DNA from: Clostridia bacterium | Lineage (GTDB): Bacteria > Bacillota > Clostridia > UMGS1840 | Length of the DNA: 60,114 nucleotides | Reading direction: 5' to 3' | NCBI GenBank assembly: GCA_045661305.1 | Contig: JAZRFJ010000018.1 | Coordinates: 1-60,114 of the forward strand | Shown: positions 51,429-58,708 of the stretch, piece after piece | How the letters are laid out: the number at the start of each line of letters is the position of its first letter | Position numbering within the stretch: position 1 is the first letter of the stretch | The notes under the pieces: model-generated | The model's database searches: none | Told to the model about the DNA's origin: nothing | The model's input: only the letters and a program-made list of their open reading frames with translations | Made by a program: the position numbers and the translations under genes

Positions 51429-52139
51429 ATGGTTTTGGGAAAAACTAATGTCGGTGTCATAAGAAAAGTAAATGAAGATAATTATTTTTGTTGGGAAGAA
51501 AACGACAGATTTATTATGGTAGTTTCTGACGGAATGGGCGGACATAAGGCAGGCTCAGTAGCAAGCTTTCTTGTAGTTTCTGCTATAAAGGATTATGCCC
51601 AGAAGCACGATATGTTTGAAAATCCCTCGAGGATGATAAAAAATGCGATTTCGTATGCAAATGAGATTGTGTATCTTCAGGCTTGTTCACATAAAGATAG
51701 AGCAGGCATGGGTGCAACTGTTGTTGTTGCTGTTGGAAAGGGCAGAAAAGCATACATAGGCAATCTTGGTGATTCAAGAGCTTATGTTATTAATCAAAAT
51801 GGGATTTTACAGATAACAGAGGACCATTCATATGTAAATGAGCTTGTGAAAAACGGAGTTCTGACTCCTGAAGAAGCAAAGGAACACCCGAAAAAAAATG
51901 AAATTCTCAAAGCTATCGGTGTTGCAAACGGAGTTTTCCCGGATGTTTTTGAAATAAGCTTAAAAAGCTCAGATAAGCTTTTATTATGCACAGACGGACT
52001 TACAAATATGGTTGAAGATGAGGCTATTTCAGATATAATCAATTCTAAAGATGATAATGAAACAGTTCTTACAAAACTTATAGATTTGGCAAATCAAAAC
52101 GGCGGAACGGATAATATAACCGTCGTTGTGAAAAGATAA
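51429..52139 (+). CDS. stp: PP2C Ser/Thr phosphatase Stp/PrpC
   Basis: NED, DGMGGH, GDSRAY, CTDGL and DNIT; start uncertain (51420-51429). Confidence 0.93.
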   Translation: MVLGKTNVGVIRKVNEDNYFCWEENDRFIMVVSDGMGGHKAGSVASFLVVSAIKDYAQKHDMFENPSRMIKNAISYANEIVYLQACSHKDRAGMGATVVVAVGKGRKAYIGNLGDSRAYVINQNGILQITEDHSYVNELVKNGVLTPEEAKEHPKKNEILKAIGVANGVFPDVFEISLKSSDKLLLCTDGLTNMVEDEAISDIINSKDDNETVLTKLIDLANQNGGTDNITVVVKR

Positions 52140-52185
52140 TAGAGATTAGTTGAATTCTTTAAATTCGTTAAAGGAGTATAATTTT

Positions 52186-54327
52186 ATGATAGGTAAAATT
52201 CTTGGTAACAGATACGAAATTTTAGAGCTTATCGGCTCGGGCGGTATGGCATATGTTTATAAAGCAAAATGCTTGCTGCTCAACAGATTTGTCGCTATTA
52301 AAATATTAAAGGAAGAATATAATAATGATACCGATTTTGTAAGTAAGTTTTATATAGAATCTCAATCTGCAGCAGCACTTTCAAATGTTAATATTGTTTC
52401 AGTCTATGATGTTGGCGAAGAAAACAATATGAAATATATCGTTATGGAATATGTCGAGGGAATAACTCTAAAGGAAATTATCCAGAAAAACGGACTTTTA
52501 GACTGGAATGTGGCAGTAAACTGCGGACTCCAGATTTTAAATGCACTTGATTGTGCACATAAAAACGGGATTGTGCATCGCGATATTAAGCCACATAATA
52601 TTCTTGTTACCAATGACGGTATTTTAAAAGTAGCTGACTTTGGTATAGCAAAGGCACTTAATAGTGGTGAAACAAAGAAAATTGACGAAAATGTTGTAGG
52701 CTCAGTTCATTACATATCACCCGAGCAAGCTAAGGGAATTATGATTGATGCAAGGAGTGATTTGTACTCATTAGGTGTTGTTATGTATGAAATGCTGACA
52801 GGGAAATTGCCTTTTGACGGTGAAAACCCTGTTTCCGTTGCAATCATGCACCTTAACTCAGAGCCTGTAAACATAAAGGATATCAATATTGCAGTGCCTC
52901 TTGAACTTTCCGAGATTGTAAAGAAAGCTATGTCACGGGATATAAATAATAGGTATCAGAGTGCAAAGGAAATGGCACAGGACCTTATCAGCTTTAAGAA
53001 ACGAGAAAAGAATAATGCTTTTACAACTAATAAAAATGTTGATGAGCTTGCACAAAATCCTATAAAAATGGCTGATAATCTTAAAGATAAGCCGATTAAT
53101 ATTGATAAAAAGGAAGAAGAAATATTCAAAACCCGTATCGGAGAACTTAAGGTTAAAGAGATAATGGGGAATACAAAGGTACTTGTAAAGGAAAGACCGG
53201 CAGACACAGCGACACCGCAAAAAGAAAATAAAAGTCAGGTGGAAAATATGTCAGAAAAGAAAACAGGAAAACCAAAAACAAAAGCAGAAAAAAATGCCGT
53301 TTTGGCAGCTGTTGCCGTTTCTTGTGTGCTTATTCTTATAATGGCGGCTGTTTTTGTGAAAATTTTCTTTAAGGACGCTGCATTTTTGGAAATTTTTACA
53401 GGAAAGGAATATTACCTTGCAGACTTCACAGGAAAAGATATTTCCGAGGTTGAAGAAATTCTTATAGAAAATAAGGTTAAATATGAGATTGACGGGTATG
53501 AAAAGGATATTTCATATCCTGATGATGCTATTTTAAATCAGAATCCTGCAGGAGAAATGAACATAAAGATAAGGGGAACAACCGTTAAATTTATTGTAAA
53601 TGACCTTGACGACAGTCATTCATCCGGAACACAGAATGAGGAAGATGAAAACAAGATAAGAGTTCCGTCAGTTATAGGTCAGGAATACAGACAGGCTGAA
53701 AAGAAGCTTAGTGAATTGAAATTTGATTGTGTTATAAAGGAAGAATTTTCTGAAGATGTTACAGAAGGCTATGTTATAAGACAGTCACCTGAATCAGGCG
53801 AAAAAATCTCACAAGGAAGCAAGGTAACAATTTTTGTAAGCAAGAAAGATGATTCCGATATCGTAGTTGTTCCTAAATTCGTGGGAATGCCACAGGAGGA
53901 AGCATTAAAAGAAGCAAAGAAGCTCGGGCTTAATGTGAAAATTGAAGAAGAGGAAACAACGCAGTCAAAGGCAGGAACTGTAATTTCACAGAGCTTAGCA
54001 ATCGGAACTGAAATTGCAAAGGAAAGTAAAATTACACTCTTTATAGGCGTTTATGACGGTGAAAGTGAAGAAAACCCTGATATGCAGGGCGGTGGAGAAA
54101 ATACGGTTTTAGTAGAAACCACAAAGGATATAACCGTCCAGCTTCCGCAGACAGGTGCAGCAAACAGTGTCGCTGTTTATAAGGACGGTGTTCTTATTTC
54201 AACCCAGAATTACTCTGCTGATACAAAAAATGCAACTGTAACTGTTATGGGCAGCGGAAAGGCACTTATTGTGATAAAGGCAAACGATACTGTCATTTAT
54301 TCCAAAACTGTTGACTTTTCAAATTAA
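52186..54327 (+). CDS. prkC: PASTA-domain Ser/Thr kinase PrkC/PknB
   Basis: GSGGMA, HRDIKPHN, DFGIA, a TM segment and about 3 PASTA repeats; start ATG 52186. Confidence 0.95.
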   Translation: MIGKILGNRYEILELIGSGGMAYVYKAKCLLLNRFVAIKILKEEYNNDTDFVSKFYIESQSAAALSNVNIVSVYDVGEENNMKYIVMEYVEGITLKEIIQKNGLLDWNVAVNCGLQILNALDCAHKNGIVHRDIKPHNILVTNDGILKVADFGIAKALNSGETKKIDENVVGSVHYISPEQAKGIMIDARSDLYSLGVVMYEMLTGKLPFDGENPVSVAIMHLNSEPVNIKDINIAVPLELSEIVKKAMSRDINNRYQSAKEMAQDLISFKKREKNNAFTTNKNVDELAQNPIKMADNLKDKPINIDKKEEEIFKTRIGELKVKEIMGNTKVLVKERPADTATPQKENKSQVENMSEKKTGKPKTKAEKNAVLAAVAVSCVLILIMAAVFVKIFFKDAAFLEIFTGKEYYLADFTGKDISEVEEILIENKVKYEIDGYEKDISYPDDAILNQNPAGEMNIKIRGTTVKFIVNDLDDSHSSGTQNEEDENKIRVPSVIGQEYRQAEKKLSELKFDCVIKEEFSEDVTEGYVIRQSPESGEKISQGSKVTIFVSKKDDSDIVVVPKFVGMPQEEALKEAKKLGLNVKIEEEETTQSKAGTVISQSLAIGTEIAKESKITLFIGVYDGESEENPDMQGGGENTVLVETTKDITVQLPQTGAANSVAVYKDGVLISTQNYSADTKNATVTVMGSGKALIVIKANDTVIYSKTVDFSN

Positions 54328-54337
54328 GGTGTAATTT

Positions 54338-55240
54338 ATGAGAAAAAATTATGATGGTATAATTTTAAAGGGAATAGGCGGATTTTATTATATAAATACA
54401 CCTGACGGAATTTATGAATGTAAGGCAAGAGGGGTGTTCCGTAAAAAGGGAATTACTCCTGCTGTCGGTGATAATGTTACAATAAGTGTTGTTGATGAAG
54501 AAAATAAAAAGGGAAGCTTAGATGAGATAAAGGAGCGTAAAAACTGTTTACTCAGACCCGTTGTTTCAAATGTTGATAATCTTATCATTGTTGCAGCTGC
54601 AGCATCCCCTGATTTTGACTTTTTCTTCGTTGACAAAATGTGTGCTTTGAGCGAATACTATGGGATAAGACCGATTATAGTTGTCAATAAAAATGATTTG
54701 TGTGACGGCAAGAAATTCGGGGAAATATATGAAAACATAGGTTACAGAGTTTTATATACCAAAAAAGATGATAGTAACTCTTTAGCTGAGCTTCGCAGCA
54801 TTATGAAAAATGGAATCAATGTGCTTGGCGGATTTTCAGGAGTAGGGAAATCTACGCTCATAAATGGAATTTTTGGCGATAATGCAAGGCTCACAGGCGA
54901 AGTATCAAAGATAACAAGGGGTAGGCATACAACAAGACATTCCGAGCTTTTTTTGGTGGACGAAAACACTTATATAGCAGATACCCCAGGCTTTTCATCA
55001 CTTGAAATTAATTTTAAAATTGAAAATTTATCAACCTGTTTCGTTGAATTTGAAAAATTTTCTTTATGCAAATTCTCTTCATGTAACCACATAAAAGAAC
55101 GGGGTTGCGGAGTTATAGAGGCTGTGAAAAAAGGTAAAATAGCTAAAAGCAGATATGACAGCTATAAGGCAATTTATGATAAAATAAAAGATATAAAAGA
55201 GTGGGAAGTGCAAAAAGTACAAAAAGCACAAAAAGTATAG
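54338..55240 (+). CDS. rsgA: Ribosome small subunit-dependent GTPase RsgA/CpgA
   Basis: NKND, GFSGVGKS, GRHTT, DTPGF and C-terminal zinc finger. Confidence 0.95.
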   Translation: MRKNYDGIILKGIGGFYYINTPDGIYECKARGVFRKKGITPAVGDNVTISVVDEENKKGSLDEIKERKNCLLRPVVSNVDNLIIVAAAASPDFDFFFVDKMCALSEYYGIRPIIVVNKNDLCDGKKFGEIYENIGYRVLYTKKDDSNSLAELRSIMKNGINVLGGFSGVGKSTLINGIFGDNARLTGEVSKITRGRHTTRHSELFLVDENTYIADTPGFSSLEINFKIENLSTCFVEFEKFSLCKFSSCNHIKERGCGVIEAVKKGKIAKSRYDSYKAIYDKIKDIKEWEVQKVQKAQKV

Positions 55241-55247
55241 GAAGTAC
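55203..55247 (+). repeat. Degenerate 9-bp tandem array spanning the rsgA stop codon
   Basis: GGGAAGTGC-AAAAAGTAC-AAAAAGCAC-AAAAAGTAT-AGGAAGTAC. Confidence 0.6.
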
Positions 55248-55267
55248 AGAAAAGAGAGGAAAGAAAA

Positions 55268-55900
55268 ATGATTAAAATTTCACCATCAATCCTTGCTGCT
55301 GATTTTTCAAAATTAGCCGAGGAAATACAGAGTATAGATAATGCTGATTTTATACATATTGATATTATGGATGGTCATTTTGTGCCGAATATAAGCTTTG
55401 GATATGCATTAGTAAACGATATAAGAAAAACAACAGATATTTTGTTTGATGTTCATCTTATGATTTCACATCCGCTTTCTTACATAGAAAATTTTGCAAA
55501 AAGTGGCTCTGATTATATTACAGTTCATGTAGAGTGTGAAGATGATACGAAAGAATGTATTGAGCTTATAAGAAAGTGCAGAAAGAAACCAGGTCTTGCT
55601 ATAAGCCCTGATACTGATGTTGAAGCTTTAAGACCGTATATTGATGATATCGAAATAATTACTGTTATGTCAGTTTATCCCGGCTTTGGCGGTCAGTCAT
55701 TTATTGAAAAATCTTATGACAGAATAAAAGCAATAAAAGAAATGATAGGAAATCGTAATATCCTACTGAGTGTTGATGGCGGAGTAGGGGAAAATAATGT
55801 CCGCAAATTAGAGGAATGTGGTAACACTATGGTTGTTGCAGGAAGCAGCGTTTTTAAAGTTCAAGACAGAAAACAGATGATTGATAAGTTGAGGGGTTGA
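55268..55900 (+). CDS. rpe: Ribulose-phosphate 3-epimerase
   Basis: SPSILAADF, HIDIMDGHFVPN, PGFGGQ and VDGG. Confidence 0.97.
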   Translation: MIKISPSILAADFSKLAEEIQSIDNADFIHIDIMDGHFVPNISFGYALVNDIRKTTDILFDVHLMISHPLSYIENFAKSGSDYITVHVECEDDTKECIELIRKCRKKPGLAISPDTDVEALRPYIDDIEIITVMSVYPGFGGQSFIEKSYDRIKAIKEMIGNRNILLSVDGGVGENNVRKLEECGNTMVVAGSSVFKVQDRKQMIDKLRG

Positions 55901-56095
55901 TTTCATCGAAGATGAAATCGTCGATATGAATTCTGTTGAATTCTCGATATGTCATAAATGACTCGATATGTGCTTCGCACTTGATATGTCGCTAAAGCGA
56001 CGAGAATTCATATCATATCGAGTTTTGAGTGAAACGAAAAACATATCGATTTTGCGATAGCAAAAATATCGAGCAAACGGAGTTTGCATATCGAC
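55899..56095. repeat. Palindromic array: 4x TCGATAT then 4x ATATCGA, separated by mini-hairpins
   Basis: Heptamers at 55921, 55944, 55963 and 55981 (TTGATAT); inverted copies at 56015, 56043, 56066 and 56088. Confidence 0.85.
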
Positions 56096-56179
56096 AAAAA
56101 TAATGGCATCTAATTTGTCAATAGTTTTTCGTAAATATTTATTATTTCACATAAAATCATTTCAAAATTTGAAAATATA

Positions 56180-56188
56180 TGGTATAAT
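56180..56188 (+). promoter_or_regulatory. Extended -10 promoter of the putative toxin mRNA
   Basis: TGgTATAAT about 8 nt before the structured 5' UTR. Confidence 0.6.
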
Positions 56189-56267
56189 GATAAACAAGGT
56201 AAGACTTCTTAACGGTGATTTTCATCGGCGGTTATGCCACCATTCCTCTATGAAGGAGGTGGTTGCT

Positions 56268-56342
56268 ATGATTAGATACATATTAAAAATTATATTTTTG
56301 ATTATAGTGTTTTTGATAGCATTTACTATAAAAGTAAAATAA
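56268..56342 (+). CDS. Putative type I toxin, 24-aa hydrophobic peptide MIRYILKIIFLIIVFLIAFTIKVK
   Basis: AAGGAGGTG RBS sequestered in a hairpin; single TM helix with basic ends; convergent antisense promoter. Confidence 0.7.
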   Translation: MIRYILKIIFLIIVFLIAFTIKVK

Positions 56343-56425
56343 CTGCCCCCTTGCTAAAGTTAGGCAGTTATTTTATTAATAACTAAATTTCTTTTGGCAT
56401 AACCGTTTGAGGTCTTGCCTTTTGT
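56330..56425 (-). ncRNA. Putative cis-antisense antitoxin RNA (about 95 nt; ends approximate)
   Basis: Perfect promoter at 56432-56460 and terminator hairpin TAAAATAACTGCC/GGCAGTTATTTTA (56335-56375); no ORF between. Confidence 0.6.
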
Positions 56426-56431
56426 ATTAAT

Positions 56432-56460
56432 ATTATATATGATTTTTTTTGATTTGTCAA
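56432..56460 (-). promoter_or_regulatory. SigA promoter of the antisense RNA
   Basis: TTGACA-N17-TATAAT perfect consensus. Confidence 0.8.
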
Positions 56461-56473
56461 TAGGTTTTCGGAA

Positions 56474-56508
56474 AAAAAGTCCCTTGTCGGTTTGACAAGG
56501 GACTTTTT
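56474..56508. terminator. Intrinsic terminator ending the dockerin-cohesin-peptide operon
   Basis: AAAAAGTCCCTTGTC-ggttt-GACAAGGGACTTTTT. Confidence 0.85.
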
Positions 56509-56538
56509 GTTTTTAATTAATCGAATTGTAATTATTGA

Positions 56539-56712
56539 TTATAATGCCTTAGGCTGTGAAGAAGCATCTGAAAGTGCTAAGTTGTAAACTGTTGTAACAG
56601 TTCCATCATCTGCTCTGTATGAAGCAGCATTGATAGGATTAACATCAGCTGCGATAGCTTCTCTTGACTGTAATTCAATAATTTCAACTGTTGGTCTTGT
56701 ATATTTTTTCAT
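56539..56712 (-). CDS. 57-aa peptide with YxxP-type leader (not in ORF track): MKKYTRPTVEIIELQSREAIAADVNPINAASYRADDGTVTTVYNLALSDASSQPKAL
   Basis: AAGGAGGA RBS 8 nt before ATG; last ORF before the terminator; homologous segment in the 58709-59446 protein. Confidence 0.85.
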   Translation of the reverse strand: MKKYTRPTVEIIELQSREAIAADVNPINAASYRADDGTVTTVYNLALSDASSQPKAL

Positions 56713-56741
56713 TATATTATTCCTCCTTAAAAATCATTGAA

Positions 56742-57701
56742 TTAGTTTACAGGATTAATGGTATAATCTGCATCTTCATTGATGATGCTATTACCAACAA
56801 ATATCTTACAAGCATAGTCTTCGTTGCTATCAAGAACACTATTTGGATCATAGAGTTTAATTACCCAATATTCACCATTATCAACTGGTAATTTACCAAC
56901 ATATTTGCATCCGCCAAACCAAATACCGTATGATTCAGCTGCAAGAGCTTCTGTAGCTTTAGCAAATACTGTTGCTACATTTCCTTTTTCAAATCCTGTA
57001 TCAACAACTTCACCATTATCATTTACGAAACCTTCAAATGAATCGTCGAATACTTCCTCTTCTTCGCCAGTGTAGCCGTTAAGAGCAATTTTCACTTCGT
57101 TAGTAGTTAAATTAACTGTTGCATTATCAGATCCTGAAAAAGTAGCTTCCAAAATTTTAATAGTAGATTCTTTCTTTGCATCAGTTTTTACCTTAAGAAC
57201 TGCACCACCAAGCATCATATTATCGATTTTATTCAAGTTTCCTTTTGCTGTTGTGATAGCATATGCAAAACCAACTTTTCCAGCACCATCTTTTTCTTCA
57301 AAACCGATAGTAGCATTACCTAAATTTTTGTTAGATTGATATCCAGAATAAGTTGAAATATATTCATCAGATACATATGAAGCAAAACCTATAGCTTCTA
57401 ATGTAACAGAATCAAGTGTTGGATACTCAGGAGTTCCGATGTAATCAGCATATTCTTCTGCGATCTGGTCAGCCTGTGCTGATGTGCCTAATTCAAAATC
57501 ATTTGGATCAAAAGCAATTTTAAAACCTACTGTTTTTACACCATTTGATGTATCTAATGTTGCAGCAAGTACAACTTCATCGCCAACCACAGCTGTTTCT
57601 GTACTTGTTACAAGTGTCAAACCGCTTGCAGCAAATACATTTATTGTGCACATTGTAAACATAACTACTGTAAGCATAAAAATTGATATTATCTTTTTCA
57701 T
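56742..57701 (-). CDS. Secreted cohesin-like domain protein with unknown C-terminal domain
   Basis: Signal peptide (..NVFA); cohesin-like strands AVVGDEVVL, GFKIAFDPNDFEL, GKVGFAYA and LKVK; next to a dockerin gene. Confidence 0.6.
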   Translation of the reverse strand: MKKIISIFMLTVVMFTMCTINVFAASGLTLVTSTETAVVGDEVVLAATLDTSNGVKTVGFKIAFDPNDFELGTSAQADQIAEEYADYIGTPEYPTLDSVTLEAIGFASYVSDEYISTYSGYQSNKNLGNATIGFEEKDGAGKVGFAYAITTAKGNLNKIDNMMLGGAVLKVKTDAKKESTIKILEATFSGSDNATVNLTTNEVKIALNGYTGEEEEVFDDSFEGFVNDNGEVVDTGFEKGNVATVFAKATEALAAESYGIWFGGCKYVGKLPVDNGEYWVIKLYDPNSVLDSNEDYACKIFVGNSIINEDADYTINPVN

Positions 57702-57721
57702 TTTATTTCCTCCATTTAAAA

Positions 57722-58546
57722 CTATTCTTCTGCTGGAAATACAGTTGAAGAATTAACAAACTTAGTCAATACCCAACCAGCATCTGTAGCATTGATTGTT
57801 CCATCACCATCAACATCCGCTGAATCATCACCAGCTGGTAATTCAGTAGATGAATTAACGAATTTCGTTAATATCCAACCAGCATCAGTTGCATTTATTG
57901 TCCCATCACCATCAACATCACCATATGTGAAATCATCTTCCCCACCTGACTGAATAGGTGTAGCAGTATAAACAGCAACATATTCAGCAGCTTCTGTTAC
58001 ATTAGCTGGAAGTGAAATAACTGCTGTTGGAGCAGATTTAAGTGCCCAACCAGCGAACGCATAAGTATAGTTCTCATCTTCAGCTTTTGATGGATTTGCT
58101 GGAGCTACAAGAGGATCACCGCTTACATATTCTGCTTTCTGAAGTTCTGTACCATCTTCATCGTAGAATGTAATGGTAAATGGCAGAGCTATTGTACCGA
58201 TTTTTGTTTTATCGATAGCATCACCGCCCATATACACTGTTACTATTTCGCCAGCAGCAAGTTCATCCTTGAGGTCAAAATTGATAACTGTTTCGCTATC
58301 CTGTGCAAGCTGATTGATATACTGAATTGAACTTGTTTTAATTTCAGTACCTTTAACAGCTACGATTGTTGTCTGTGTGTTTACTTTATCGCTTGTATAA
58401 GAAGCGTTGTAACCACTTTCGCCTTTTTCCAAAGTTACAGTTGTTGTTAATTCTGGATTAGGCTTAACTGTGATTTCAGCAAATGAAGTTAATGACATTG
58501 TGCCTATAACTGCAATTGCAGAAATCATTGCAATAAGCTTTTTCAT
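57722..58546 (-). CDS. Secreted protein: unknown N-domain, InlB-B/Flg_new-like repeat, C-terminal dockerin
   Basis: Signal peptide (..TSFA); TITFYDEDG...P..P.K...Y.FAGW; duplicated DVDGDGTINATDA Ca-binding loops. Confidence 0.8.
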   Translation of the reverse strand: MKKLIAMISAIAVIGTMSLTSFAEITVKPNPELTTTVTLEKGESGYNASYTSDKVNTQTTIVAVKGTEIKTSSIQYINQLAQDSETVINFDLKDELAAGEIVTVYMGGDAIDKTKIGTIALPFTITFYDEDGTELQKAEYVSGDPLVAPANPSKAEDENYTYAFAGWALKSAPTAVISLPANVTEAAEYVAVYTATPIQSGGEDDFTYGDVDGDGTINATDAGWILTKFVNSSTELPAGDDSADVDGDGTINATDAGWVLTKFVNSSTVFPAEE

Positions 58547-58642
58547 AGGTTTTTTCTTCCTTTCTATGCCTCTTTTTTTATTTTTAATTTTTAAATTTTT
58601 TCGAGGCGGATTTTATTTAATTTTTTTATACAAAAGCCAAAA

Positions 58643-58680
58643 GCTTTAATAAACAAAACAGCTATTTTGTTCATTAAAGC
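58643..58680 (-). terminator. Intergenic stem-loop (terminator or processing site) after the Cu-amine-oxidase-N gene
   Basis: 16-bp stem whose mismatch is a G-U pair only on the minus strand; followed by UUUUGGCUUUU. Confidence 0.6.
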
Positions 58681-58708
58681 AACATTTCCAGAAAAAATCT
58701 AAAAATGT

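Noticed and set aside
55899-56095. CRISPR array (also considered for 59835-59966)
   Set aside because: Repeats are only 7 bp, spacers are 11-21 nt and self-complementary, orientation flips midway, and no cas genes are present
56103-56267. 79-aa version of the toxin ORF
   Set aside because: The upstream part spans the promoter and structured UTR; the strong RBS points to ATG 56268
56539-56712. Lasso peptide biosynthetic cluster
   Set aside because: Only the leader-like motif is present; no cyclase, peptidase or RRE in the window and no Thr at the -2 position of the predicted cleavage site
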